Source: an uncultured Pseudobdellovibrionaceae bacterium (GTDB lineage: Bacteria > Bdellovibrionota > Bdellovibrionia > Bdellovibrionales > UBA1609). Taken from it: DNA of 64,000 bases. A program made the position numbers and the translations under genes. The stretch is from contig CAWDNU010000001.1 of NCBI GenBank assembly GCA_963803705.1, positions 429,836-493,835 of the forward strand. Direction: 5' to 3'. The notes under the pieces were generated by a model. That model was not told the DNA's origin. It did no database searches and saw only the letters and a list, made by a program, of their open reading frames with translations. Positions 39,357 to 49,122 of the stretch are shown here, piece by piece; positions within the stretch are counted from its first letter, which is position 1, and each line of letters opens with the position of its first letter.

Positions 39357-39526
39357 ATTACTTCCAGAAGCAGTTCTTTGCCTTAAGTTTGCAACCGCCA
39401 ACAGACCAAACAACAGACTAAAAAACAGTCGGGTTTCATATCCTGAACTGCATTCCGCAGGATTCAACGCCTTGAACTGTTTTCAGCTCGTTTGCTGTCT
39501 AGCTTCGCTGGCGCTTTTCATTATTT

Positions 39527-40312
39527 TTACTTTTGCTTGTTTTCTTTTGCTTGGATGCTTCGTCTCATTAGAGATTTGATGTAGCTGTCGTCTTTTTCTT
39601 CGCCTAGAAATCTCATAACTTTGGTGTGTAAAGTTGGATCGTAGATAAGTTGGCCTAAAGTTCCCTTGCGATCGTTTATAGCATCAAGAGATTGATTTAG
39701 CCTATCAAGAGTGGGTTTGATTTGAGCTTGAGATTTTATTTGTTTTGCAGCACCTGCAATATTTTCTATGGCTTTGTCAGCGTTTCTTCCCATACGTTCA
39801 AAATCAGCTCCGTTGGAAAACTGTGTGATAATAGTGTCGATTTTTTTAAGTGTTAGACTAACCTGTTCAAAGTCAGAAAGCTTATTACTAATTTGGTCCA
39901 TTAAGTCAGGGGTATCATCAGCTTTGATCACTGATTCATTCGCCAAGGGTTTGCCGCCCTCGCCTTGAGAGATAAATATATACTTATCCCCAAGCGCACC
40001 TTGGGTCTTCATGGAAACCAAACTCTTATCGGTAATTAGGTTTTCATAACCTTTGTTAACTCTGACTTCAATTTTGATCTTACTTTTTTTGTTATCAAAG
40101 GAAATATCTGAAACGTGACCAACATCAATTCCAGAAAAGGACACAATAGATCCGAACATAATACCCTGTGAATTATTCACATACGAATAATAGGTATTTT
40201 TTCTTCTAAATAAAGATTCATCACTAGTTAAGGCTGTAAATGCGATAATAAATAGTGCAAAACCAATTATCACAAAGGCGCCCGACCATAGTTTTTCTTT
40301 ATTTTGTTCCAT
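39527..40312 (-). CDS. mlaD: MCE/MlaD-family lipid transport substrate-binding protein
   Basis: N-terminal TM followed by an MCE domain; downstream of ABC ATPase and permease genes. Confidence 0.75.
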   Translation of the reverse strand: MEQNKEKLWSGAFVIIGFALFIIAFTALTSDESLFRRKNTYYSYVNNSQGIMFGSIVSFSGIDVGHVSDISFDNKKSKIKIEVRVNKGYENLITDKSLVSMKTQGALGDKYIFISQGEGGKPLANESVIKADDTPDLMDQISNKLSDFEQVSLTLKKIDTIITQFSNGADFERMGRNADKAIENIAGAAKQIKSQAQIKPTLDRLNQSLDAINDRKGTLGQLIYDPTLHTKVMRFLGEEKDDSYIKSLMRRSIQAKENKQK

Positions 40313-40326
40313 AAGCTAATCCTTTT

Positions 40327-41064
40327 TTATAATTTAAGTGTACCATCCATAAATTTTCTTAAACTGCTATTAGAGCTTTCTATATCATCGGGCAAAGCCT
40401 CTTCCGCGATGCGACCATCTTTTATTAGTAAAATACGATCGCAAACAGCCAATGCTGTAGGCATATCATGGGATACAAAAACAGAAGTAAATCCTAAGTC
40501 TTTCATCTTCATAATAGTTTTTTGAATATTTAAAGTATTAAACGGATCTAGCCCGGCCGTTGGTTCATCAAACAAAATTATTTCAGGCGAAAAGATAATA
40601 CTTCTAAGTAGGCCAACGCGCTTTTGCATACCTCCAGATAATTCTGCAGGAAATAGCTCTTCAGTATTTTCAAGTCCAATATCTTTTAAAAGTTTGGCAA
40701 TTTTTGCTGTAATCTGTTCTTCAGAAAAGTTAAAGTGTTCCCTTAAGGGGTAAGCCAAGTTTTCTTTAACTGTTAAAGAATCAAACAGAGCACCGTTTTG
40801 GAACACATATGAAATTTTTTTTCGAACTTCAGCCCATTGGTCTTCGTCGTAATCTTGTATTTGAGTGCCGTTGAAGATAATCTGACCTTCATCTAATTTT
40901 TCAAGTCCAATTAGAGCCCTTAAAATTACGCTTTTTCCCGTTCCAGATCCACCTAGAAGTCCTAAGCATTCTCCCTTCAGAAGTCTAAAATTGATATCGT
41001 TATGCACAGCTTTGCCGCTAAAACTTTTCTTTAAATTTTTTACTTCAAGTATTACATCTTTCAT
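40327..41064 (-). CDS. mlaF: ABC transporter ATP-binding protein (MlaF-like)
   Basis: Walker A GGSGTGKS, signature LSGGMQKRVGLL, Walker B ILFDEP. Confidence 0.85.
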   Translation of the reverse strand: MKDVILEVKNLKKSFSGKAVHNDINFRLLKGECLGLLGGSGTGKSVILRALIGLEKLDEGQIIFNGTQIQDYDEDQWAEVRKKISYVFQNGALFDSLTVKENLAYPLREHFNFSEEQITAKIAKLLKDIGLENTEELFPAELSGGMQKRVGLLRSIIFSPEIILFDEPTAGLDPFNTLNIQKTIMKMKDLGFTSVFVSHDMPTALAVCDRILLIKDGRIAEEALPDDIESSNSSLRKFMDGTLKL

Positions 41065-41079
41065 AAATCACACAGGCAG

Positions 41080-41849
41080 TTAGGCGTAGGGATAGATCAT
41101 CCAGTAAATTTTAGTCATAAAATAATCGCTGATAAAAATTAAAATTGAACCAGTTACAACTGACATCGTAGTGGCTTTTCCAACACCTTTAGTGCCTTCA
41201 GTAACATTCATTCCAAAATAACACGCAGGCAATGCAACACAAAGAGCAAAACCAAAAGGTTTTAGAAAGCCCGAGATAAATTCCCACGGGGTGATAGTAG
41301 TTACTATTCTTTGATAGGTAAATAGCCAAGGAAGACCCAGTTCGACGTTGGCTATTACAGAGGTCGCAAGAAGTGCTAAAAAAGAAGTCAGCAGAGTCAA
41401 GATAGGAAAAGAGATTAGACAAGCCATAATTCTGGGTAAATAGATCTTTTGATAAGGTGAAGCCCCTAAAGCCCTTATAGCGTCTATTTGTTGGGTGACT
41501 TTCATAGAGCCGATCTCAGAAGCTACACCAGCGCCAACTCTTGCTGCACACATCAAAGCTGTGAACACAGGGGAGAGCTCTAAAAATATAGCTAATGACA
41601 TAACTTTTGGTACATAAGGCTTACCACCGTACTTTTCTAGGCCTAATCCAAATTGTAAAGTCATTACAAAGCCAGAGCTAAGTGCAGTTATCGCAATCAA
41701 CGGAATTGAACATATGCCTAAGTTGTAAATCTGGGTGTAAACATCTTTAGCTTTTGGTCTTTTTTTTTTAACTCGCGAATGGATTGCGCAAATACCTCGG
41801 CCAGTCCTCCCATCGTTGCCAAAGAAGTCTTAACTATTGGAACTACCAT
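41080..41849 (-). pseudogene. mlaE: MlaE-like ABC permease, apparently frameshifted in a poly-A tract
   Basis: The ORF track gives only the C-terminal 206 aa (41080-41700). Manual translation upstream reads on as PKAKDVYTQIYNLGICSIP. A further N-terminal piece, MVVPIVKTSLATMGGLAEVFAQSIRELKKK, starts at an ATG overlapping the upstream stop (ATGGTAG). The two parts are out of frame across the homopolymer at ~41760-41769. Confidence 0.65.
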
Positions 41850-42328
41850 GCTTTAAAGCCTGTCAAAAACTTATCATAGACAGATAAATCTTTTTCAAAA
41901 TTTGAAGGCTGGGCGGTTAAGACCAGTATATACTGGCAAGAGTTTTTGATAAAACTAGTAACGGCTAGCTTATTTTCGAAACCTTCTAGAGTTGCATCTA
42001 TCTTGCCCCTTAAGGCCTTACGATTATTAAACTTAAAGCGAATTGGATCACTGGTTTCGCTTGCTTTAAAATTAGAAGCTAATTCCATAAACCAATTTTC
42101 AAGATCAAGCTCTATGCTTTTAATGCATTTGGATTTAACGGATATAGTTGAACTGGTAGAGCTTGACAGCCAAGCGTGATCCACAGATTCATTTTTGATT
42201 CTATAAAAATCATTACTAGGATATTCGTATGAGTATCTAGTGGATTTCTTGGCAGTTTGATCTCCGATCTTTACAGACACACAGCCAGACACAAAGTAGA
42301 GAAATACTAAAGCAATCAATTTATCCAT
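41843..42328 (-). CDS. hypothetical lipoprotein, first gene of the mla-like operon
   Basis: Lipobox LYFVSGC; 161 aa; stop overlaps the mlaE start. Confidence 0.55.
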   Translation of the reverse strand: MDKLIALVFLYFVSGCVSVKIGDQTAKKSTRYSYEYPSNDFYRIKNESVDHAWLSSSTSSTISVKSKCIKSIELDLENWFMELASNFKASETSDPIRFKFNNRKALRGKIDATLEGFENKLAVTSFIKNSCQYILVLTAQPSNFEKDLSVYDKFLTGFKAW

Positions 42329-42544
42329 AGAAGTCTATCATACTGACACAGGTTCGAATGACTCACAATAAAAACTCTTCTAAGTCTTTAAGTTAAGCTA
42401 CCCGTAAGTGGCTTGTGTAGAAAGCCACACATCTAGAATTTTCGAAACCACCCGTGCCACAGTTTCACAGATCGGCATTCTGAAGTAAAAAAAAAGGCCA
42501 GCACTTGAGGCCAGCCTTTTTATTTATATAAATTTAAGAACTAA

Positions 42545-42820
42545 CTATTTTTTTAGCATAGATTTAAATTCGCTACCTGGGCGAAATTTTGGATACCAAG
42601 CCGCAGGAATTTTAATTGCTTTTCCTGTTTGTGGGTTTCTTCCTGTTCTAGCTTTTCTTTTTGATTTTGTGAAAGTTCCAAAACCAACTAATTTAACTTC
42701 GTCACCTTTTTTAACTGAAGTTCTTACAGTGTGTATGAAAGCATCAAGTACTCTCTCAGTGTCAGCTTTTGTAAGTTCTACTTCTTTAGACAACTTTTCA
42801 ATTAATTCTGCTTTATTCAT
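42545..42820 (-). CDS. hup: DNA-binding protein HU
   Basis: 91 aa; MNKAELIEKL..GFGTF....RKARTGRNPQTG..I.IPA pattern. Confidence 0.92.
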   Translation of the reverse strand: MNKAELIEKLSKEVELTKADTERVLDAFIHTVRTSVKKGDEVKLVGFGTFTKSKRKARTGRNPQTGKAIKIPAAWYPKFRPGSEFKSMLKK

Positions 42821-42938
42821 TTATATTCCCCCATGGAGTGATCATTTGTTGTTGTACATTTACAATTGAAACTGCATTTCAAATCTGGGTCAATACTTTT
42901 TTAAAAGAAAATTTTAGTGGTCTAAGTTTTCAAGATGA

Positions 42939-42985
42939 AAAAGCTTACTGGTGGCAAGTTTAGTGCTTGATACCAGTAAGCTTTT
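42939..42985 (-). terminator. rho-independent terminator candidate for the 43009-43731 gene
   Basis: 14-bp perfect stem (aaaagcttactggt 42939-42952 with accagtaagctttt 42972-42985) and a 19-nt loop. On the minus strand it is followed by TTTTT. Lies 24 nt downstream of the stop. Confidence 0.6.
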
Positions 42986-43008
42986 ATATGATTTTCAGTT
43001 TATTAAAA

Positions 43009-43731
43009 TCAGTTTTGTAAAATGAAAAAATCAGACTTGCCAATGGAACCGTTTTTGTAAAAGACCTCAGCACGCAGCCTTTCAGAGTTTTTGTTGCCTT
43101 GATAAATGTTAACTCTAAATTGTGAGCCGTAATTAGGTTCAAAGTAGATTACGGTCTTATCAGATTCCCTGCAGTCAATCTCGGCACTTGGTAAACTGAT
43201 GCGTTGCACGTCATAGCACTGACCTTGCAGGCCATCGGGGCATCCAGACATAGTGGCATCAACAACTAAATGTGCCCTATCTGAACTATTTCTTGGAAAG
43301 ATAATCCACAGTTTAAAAAAATCATCCCAATTACTACAGTTAGAAACTCCTCTGGACCAGCTATAAGCGTATTCCCAGCGACCAGTATTTTGGTTGAACT
43401 GCCATTTGAATCCGTCACCATTGTTCGTGCAGAAAGTTGCAAAATCACCAAGAAAGCTTCGATAAATACCTTGAGGACCGCTATTTCGGTCTAACCTAAA
43501 TTCACCTAAGTAGATATGTCTTTGAGCAGAGTCTAAAGCACCTGAAATGGGTGTATAAGAATCACATGACTTGCCTGAACCACTGGTACCTCCGCCGTTT
43601 CCTGGGCGTCCCCCGTTGTATCCATTGTTGTTACCATTGTTGCTATTACCTGAATCGGATTCTGAACAGCCGAAAGCAAAACAGATTAGTAAAGCTGTAA
43701 ATACTTTTCGTATATAAAGTGTGTTTTCCAT
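43009..43731 (-). CDS. hypothetical lipoprotein with Gly/Asn-rich linker and Cys-rich domain
   Basis: Lipobox LICFAFGC; ATG 43731 preceded by GGGGGA; no family recognised. Confidence 0.6.
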   Translation of the reverse strand: MENTLYIRKVFTALLICFAFGCSESDSGNSNNGNNNGYNGGRPGNGGGTSGSGKSCDSYTPISGALDSAQRHIYLGEFRLDRNSGPQGIYRSFLGDFATFCTNNGDGFKWQFNQNTGRWEYAYSWSRGVSNCSNWDDFFKLWIIFPRNSSDRAHLVVDATMSGCPDGLQGQCYDVQRISLPSAEIDCRESDKTVIYFEPNYGSQFRVNIYQGNKNSERLRAEVFYKNGSIGKSDFFILQN

Positions 43732-43804
43732 GTCATCCCCCACAACTACTTATTCACTAAATATGCCACTTTGAGAGCCAAAATAATGACGTTTAACGGT
43801 CTAT

Positions 43805-43827
43805 AACTGTCAACAAAGTTGACAGTT
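43805..43827. promoter_or_regulatory. 23-bp palindrome AACTGTCAAC-AAA-GTTGACAGTT (candidate operator; contains TTGACA on both strands)
   Basis: Perfect 10-bp arms with a 3-nt spacer, ~75 nt upstream of the lipoprotein ATG at 43731. Confidence 0.4.
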
Positions 43828-44285
43828 GTTGATGGCATATAGCTATCTGGTTTTATAAAACTGTGAAAATTTTCAGGACATCATCGGGTCTAGGAGTATA
43901 AAATTGGTGTAATTACAAAGCGATTCTGTGTTTAGTCATTTCCCAAGGCAAACTGACTACAAAGATGTATCCATTTGATACGATCTTGTGTCTTAGATCA
44001 AAATCAGAAGGCGCATCAATCAAAGGTGGGGTTTATTTCAAAAGTAAGCGATCAATTAAAACTTGAGACAATATTTAACTTCTCAAAAGGTGAAATAAGA
44101 AATTTAGATGCAATTCTATATTCAAAGTTTCAGAAAGAGGCGTGAAAATAAATATCTTTAATTACTTCTATTGGAGAGCGAGCTTTACTGAGCGGCTTTG
44201 AGGTAATTAACAGATATCGTTGCGCTCAACAATACCTAGTAGAACGAAAAACTTTTTGATCGATGACTTGTGTTTTGTCCTGCGC

Positions 44286-45038
44286 TCAAACAAGCTTATT
44301 TTTAAGAGCTTTCAATTCACTACGTGTAAGTCCATTTTCTAAAAGCATGTTGTCTATATCTATAGATTCTAAAATTTCATCAAAAATTTGCTGCGTATTT
44401 TTACCTTCATTGAACAGAAGCTTTTCTATCAAAATTTTTTGATCGACTTCCTTTTTACTAGCGTACAGTTTGGAGAGGTTTTTATGACTCAGACTGTGAT
44501 CTTTAGCTGACTCTAATGTAGATACATTAGCTAAACATAAAAGTATGAAAGTGATTAGACCAGTTCTATCTCTGCCAGAGGCGCAGTGGAAAAGAACTGC
44601 TCCGGTAGAACAATTTGCTATTTGAGATAAAACAGATGTTGTGATTTCAGGGAACCTCTCTAGATGCGCCTTATAATACAATGGAGTTGACCACTTACCA
44701 GTTTCTCTCCATTTTTTCCAGAAAGGTGGGTCATGCCCACCATCAAGTGAGATATGCACCGTCTTGATTCGCTCGGGACGAGGAAACAAATCTCCTTTAA
44801 TTTCATGTTTAAAGCGGAGGTCGATAACGGTGCGAACACCATAGTCTTCGATATTTGCCCAGTCATTTTTTGTGAAAGCTTCAACTGAATCCGACCTGAT
44901 GATTCTCTTCATTTTAGTGGGTTGTCCGTTTTGGGTTCGAATGCCACCAAGATCACGAACATTAACAGATCCTTCAAACGTAAGTTCTCGTATAGAGGTT
45001 TTCTCTGAAAGCATAACCCATAATAGGTGTTTGCCCAC
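44286..45038 (-). CDS. protein tyrosine/serine phosphatase (CX5R family)
   Basis: Active-site HCASGRDRTG; NVRDLGG N-terminal block. Start GTG 45038 or ATG 45014. Confidence 0.75.
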   Translation of the reverse strand: MGKHLLWVMLSEKTSIRELTFEGSVNVRDLGGIRTQNGQPTKMKRIIRSDSVEAFTKNDWANIEDYGVRTVIDLRFKHEIKGDLFPRPERIKTVHISLDGGHDPPFWKKWRETGKWSTPLYYKAHLERFPEITTSVLSQIANCSTGAVLFHCASGRDRTGLITFILLCLANVSTLESAKDHSLSHKNLSKLYASKKEVDQKILIEKLLFNEGKNTQQIFDEILESIDIDNMLLENGLTRSELKALKNKLV

Positions 45039-45370
45039 CTAACTGTCATTAACCCAATGCCATAAGCGAGTTAACTCATACTTGAGCATATTAGAACTGA
45101 TTAGCATTTTTTCTCAGGGCCGTAGAATGTCGCTCAAAAAACCTAGCATTTTAAGCAGGGTGCTAGATTCAGTACTAGATTTCCTATTCAATACCAAAAT
45201 AAATGGTTATGATGCCGATAGGCTGACAGAATCATTTGGGACTAATTAGATCAATTTATCCCGGGGTAGAAAGCTTTTAGAAAGCTTGGTTTCAGTGATA
45301 TCTAATTTAGTTTTCAGAAGAATCTAGCTTCATTGCCCGACTTATGAGATGAAGAATAAAGGTGGTTAAA

Positions 45371-46252
45371 ATGACTGTTTTCAAAATTGAAGGCGCTAAA
45401 AACAGTTTTGCTTTAGCTTCATTATTGGACTTGGATTCCACTAAGAACAGTAACCTCAAAAATATGAATAAAAATGATCTGGCCCAATGTGCAATTAAGA
45501 TTTGTCAACATTCAGAGCTAAACGTAGATGGCTGCGTTTTTATATTGCCAAGTAAAAAATTGGACTTTGCTTGGGAGTTTTTTAATTCTGATGGTAGCGA
45601 AGCTCTGATGTGTGGCAATGCAGCCAGGGCCGTCTCATTGTGGTTTAATACTTTCATCAATGCAAAAAAAACTATTTCATTTTTCACCCCAGCCCAAAAT
45701 GTCCGAGCAGAGATAATTGATTCTACGGTTATGGATAAAAACACTGACTTAGATATTCTTGCTACTGGTCGTGTAAAAGTTTGGCTGAAAAAAGTAAAAT
45801 TCGTCGTCAATGAAATGGATTTCAAGATATTTGATTCTGGAGTGCCACACCTGTGCGTGTTCTTGAATGTCCAAGAACATAAAGATAGAGATTTCGTTGA
45901 ACTTGGCGTCCAGTTTTTTGAAATAGCCAAAAGCTTACGTTTTCCTAAAAGCTTAGATGCTAAAGGTACAAATGTTACTTATATTTGGTTAGATTCATCA
46001 TCTACTCAAAAAAAACCCTTGGTGCGAGCGATGAGTTTTGAAAGAGGAATTGAAAATTGGACTGAAGCCTGCGGTACTGGTGCAATGGCCGCGGCCTACT
46101 GTGTAAAAGAAGAGTTAAATTATCAGTTCCCAATCAATGTTCAAATGCCGGGTGGTTTGCTTGAAATTGGTGAGTCAAATTTAGAAGCAGAAGTAACTAC
46201 CACATTATTGGGCCCTGCACTTATTTCAAAAACGGTGGATATATTGATTTAG
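45371..46252 (+). CDS. dapF: diaminopimelate epimerase
   Basis: GAKNSFAL N-terminus, two catalytic Cys blocks (EALMCGNAAR, EACGTGAMAAA). ATG 45371 behind AAGGTGG. Confidence 0.85.
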   Translation: MTVFKIEGAKNSFALASLLDLDSTKNSNLKNMNKNDLAQCAIKICQHSELNVDGCVFILPSKKLDFAWEFFNSDGSEALMCGNAARAVSLWFNTFINAKKTISFFTPAQNVRAEIIDSTVMDKNTDLDILATGRVKVWLKKVKFVVNEMDFKIFDSGVPHLCVFLNVQEHKDRDFVELGVQFFEIAKSLRFPKSLDAKGTNVTYIWLDSSSTQKKPLVRAMSFERGIENWTEACGTGAMAAAYCVKEELNYQFPINVQMPGGLLEIGESNLEAEVTTTLLGPALISKTVDILI

Positions 46253-46335
46253 GGGACAGGACAGTTTAACGCTTGAAAACTTATTGTTTTTTAGGCCATT
46301 AAGCTAGTGAAGTTACAAATAAAAGGAGCAACAAA

Positions 46336-47397
46336 TTGAGTGAATATAAAGTAAAAATAATAGAAAAAAAGATAGTGGCACTAGATTCAGTTTCGCTAAG
46401 ATTTGAAATTCCTAAAAAAGCTAAGTCTGCCTTCCAGTATAAGGCCGGCCAATTCATTGGAATCCAAGCTGAAGTTAAAAAAGAAAAAGTAGTGCGCAGT
46501 TACTCTTTAAGTTCTAGCCCCGAGCAAGAGGACTTTATTGAAGTGACTTTGAAAAAAGTTTTAGAGGGTAAAATGTCAAGTTTCTTGGTTGACGAAATTC
46601 AAGAAGGTGATGATTTGATTATCACCCCTCCGGTAGGGCAATTTGTTTGTGCTCCGTTGCAACACCATCATATTTTATTTGCTGCTGGTAGTGGCATAAC
46701 GCCAATTTATTCGATGATAAAAAGCCTGCTTTCCAGAGAAGCCTCGAAAGTAACTTTAGTATATTCAAATAAAAATTTGGCCACCACGATTTTTTCTGAT
46801 GAACTAAAAAAACTTCAGGAAGATCATTCGCAATTTACTGTGAAATGGATTTTTACCCAGGAGGCCCCAGACTGGGAAGACGTCTCAGAGGGAAGACTTT
46901 CTTCAATCTTACTTAAAAGTCTTCATTTGCTTTGGCAAAGCGCCCATGATCCCGTATTTTACATGTGCGGTCCCGAAGGGTTTATGGAATCTATAGAGGC
47001 ATTCTTAGGTCAAAATGGCTACGACAGTTCACAAATTAAAAAAGAGAGCTTTGTAACTTCAGTTGCTAGCTTAGACGCCGATGAAGTTATTGTGGGCGAG
47101 TTCAACGGAAAAGTTGAACCATGTCAGGAAATAGTAGCCGAGATTGATTTTGCAGATTGCACAGTTGTCCCTAATGATGGTGAAACAATTGTCGAGGCTT
47201 TATTACGAGACGGTTTTGATCCCCCGTATTCATGTCTAGATGGAAATTGCTTAGCTTGCCAGTGTGTGTTGAAAGAAGGCGCGGTGCAAGTTCGCGATAC
47301 GGGAATCTTAAATTCTGATGACTACAAAGAGGGCCGATTGCTATCTTGCCAGGCGAAGCCCTTGACCAAGAAAATTAAAGTAGTTTATGAATTTTAA
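46336..47397 (+). CDS. ferredoxin-NAD(P)+ reductase-type oxidoreductase with C-terminal 2Fe-2S ferredoxin domain
   Basis: RSYSLSS FAD-binding motif, GSGITP NAD-binding motif, C-terminal CLDGNCLACQC..C cluster motif. Confidence 0.85.
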   Translation: MSEYKVKIIEKKIVALDSVSLRFEIPKKAKSAFQYKAGQFIGIQAEVKKEKVVRSYSLSSSPEQEDFIEVTLKKVLEGKMSSFLVDEIQEGDDLIITPPVGQFVCAPLQHHHILFAAGSGITPIYSMIKSLLSREASKVTLVYSNKNLATTIFSDELKKLQEDHSQFTVKWIFTQEAPDWEDVSEGRLSSILLKSLHLLWQSAHDPVFYMCGPEGFMESIEAFLGQNGYDSSQIKKESFVTSVASLDADEVIVGEFNGKVEPCQEIVAEIDFADCTVVPNDGETIVEALLRDGFDPPYSCLDGNCLACQCVLKEGAVQVRDTGILNSDDYKEGRLLSCQAKPLTKKIKVVYEF

Positions 47398-47439
47398 ATT
47401 TATTACTTGCAGCCTTGTTCAGATCCAATTTCTAGGTTT

Positions 47440-48141
47440 TTAATTATTAGGGACTCTTTCTAAACTTTTTAGAAAATCTTTGCACTTTGTTAGAATTTCT
47501 ACTGGGATTTCATGACCTCCGTTGAATAGGTGAAGCTCATGACTTTTTGATTGGGTCAAAGAGCGAAAGTGTTTAGCCCCCTGTGCAGGCAGCACAGGAT
47601 CTTTATCGCCATGAGATTGAAAAATTTTTAAATCTTTAAGCATATTAGATTCAATCCATTTATGCTGTCGTATGACAGTGCCTGACATAAAGATTAATGC
47701 TCTGGGTTTGTACTTGGCCGAGCAAATAAAGTCCGTGCAGACCATTGCCCCTTGACTGAACCCTGCTAAAATAACGTCCTTCTGGTCAAGTTTCATCGAA
47801 TCTAAAAATAGACTGATTTTTTTATGAAGCAAATCAATATTTTCTGGTTCTCTAGAATAATATTCTTTGAATTTATTTTCAGCCACAAGACGCTGAAAAT
47901 GTTCTATATCTACATTGAACCAGGCCCGACCTCCAAATGCAGCAATCTGTGGGGGGGCCTCTGCACCCTCTAAAAATAACCAGTTATAATTCAAACCTTT
48001 GATTGAGACCAGTTCAGAAATCGAGTAAAGGTCTGCGGCGTTTGCTCCATACCCATGAAAAATAACTACGGTAGGTTTATCTGGGTTACCTGGGTTAAAC
48101 ATATATTTTAGGCCAGACTTTTTATCAGTTTGTAATTTCAC
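47440..48141 (-). CDS. alpha/beta hydrolase (phospholipase/carboxylesterase family)
   Basis: GFSQGA nucleophile elbow; HGDKDPV and GGHEI blocks. Confidence 0.8.
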   Translation of the reverse strand: MKLQTDKKSGLKYMFNPGNPDKPTVVIFHGYGANAADLYSISELVSIKGLNYNWLFLEGAEAPPQIAAFGGRAWFNVDIEHFQRLVAENKFKEYYSREPENIDLLHKKISLFLDSMKLDQKDVILAGFSQGAMVCTDFICSAKYKPRALIFMSGTVIRQHKWIESNMLKDLKIFQSHGDKDPVLPAQGAKHFRSLTQSKSHELHLFNGGHEIPVEILTKCKDFLKSLERVPNN

Positions 48142-48142
48142 T

Positions 48143-49060
48143 TTAGTAAATCTCCTTCGCTGCTTTTTTAAGTCGATTCAGAATTGCAGACCAATTTGGA
48201 TCATCAGCATCTTTATCCCACTCAATAATTAGAACATCAAAATTTTTCGAATTTTCAATTAGATTTTTATACAGAAACCGTGAAGCTATCTGAGGGTCAG
48301 GATTTAATTTTATCTCTTTGAATCTGGTGTCTTGAAACAAATTATAATCAATTTTACAGGATTGAAAAAGATGAAGAGGAGCATTTGGCTGATAGTGATC
48401 TTTCATGGAGCCTGGACCAGATAGGTCAAAGTTTTCAACAACTTCAAAAATTAGGCCTTGAGCTTTCAGAAACTTTCTCAGCTCGGCACAAGATATTTGA
48501 CCAGGACGAAGCACTTCTAATTTTTTATTACTTATTCTAACAATCGTGGACTCTAAACCCACTTTGCAGGGCCCGCCGTCAACAATATCTAGATAAGGAA
48601 AATATGTTCTTACGTGGATCGCATCTGTTGGACTTGTCTTTTTAAATGGGTTAGCGCTGGGGGCTGCAATAGGAACTTTGATTATAGTAATAATATCTTG
48701 AAGGACAGGGTGATCCGCCCATCTTATGGCCACCGTATCAGCACCAGCGGTGACTAGATCAGAAACAGAGTTAGGGTTCTTTTGAAAAACGATTGTCAGA
48801 GGACCTGGCCAAAATTTTTTAGCTAACGCTAGCAACAATGGGTCTGGCTTTGAAATATAATTATTTATCATTTCAATAGAATTGACATGGACGATCAACG
48901 GATCAAATAAAGGACGATCTTTTGTTTCAAAAACTTTTTTTAAACCGATTTCACTGTTAATTTTCGCAGCTAAACCATAAACAGTTTCAGTTGGTACTGC
49001 AACAACTCCACCGGCATTGAGAACATCAGTGGCTTGGTGGGTAGTTATAAAATCTTTCAT
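48143..49060 (-). CDS. tsaC: L-threonylcarbamoyladenylate synthase (YrdC domain plus Sua5 C-terminal domain)
   Basis: GGVVAVPTETVYGLA, KDRPLFDPLIVHV, SANPF blocks; 305 aa. Confidence 0.9.
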   Translation of the reverse strand: MKDFITTHQATDVLNAGGVVAVPTETVYGLAAKINSEIGLKKVFETKDRPLFDPLIVHVNSIEMINNYISKPDPLLLALAKKFWPGPLTIVFQKNPNSVSDLVTAGADTVAIRWADHPVLQDIITIIKVPIAAPSANPFKKTSPTDAIHVRTYFPYLDIVDGGPCKVGLESTIVRISNKKLEVLRPGQISCAELRKFLKAQGLIFEVVENFDLSGPGSMKDHYQPNAPLHLFQSCKIDYNLFQDTRFKEIKLNPDPQIASRFLYKNLIENSKNFDVLIIEWDKDADDPNWSAILNRLKKAAKEIY

Positions 49061-49122
49061 TGCTCTGCCTTGATCTGCACAGTGGGTGACAGAAGGGGAG
49101 TTATATATGTAAAGTTAAGCTT

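Noticed and set aside
39337-39579. 80-aa plus-strand ORF spanning the DUF721-mlaD spacer
   Set aside because: It overlaps the 3' ends of both real genes, has no RBS and has an odd composition. The region is better explained as structured intergenic DNA.
42441-42459. Sigma-54 promoter-like TGGCACGGGTGGTTTCG on the minus strand, about 115 nt upstream of the mla-operon lipoprotein gene
   Set aside because: The -12 element reads TTTC instead of TTGC and the spacing is off by one. It is too weak to call without data.
42491-42521. HU terminator (aaaaaggc ... gccttttt with a 15-nt loop and flanking A/T runs)
   Set aside because: The stem is only 8 bp and mostly A/T with a large loop. It is plausible but too weak to list as a feature.
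44281-44292. 12-mer gctcaaacaagc identical to the start of the hairpin-element core at 49643
   Set aside because: It overlaps the stop and last codons of the phosphatase gene and has no flanking inverted arms and no rest of the core. It could be a remnant but cannot be supported.
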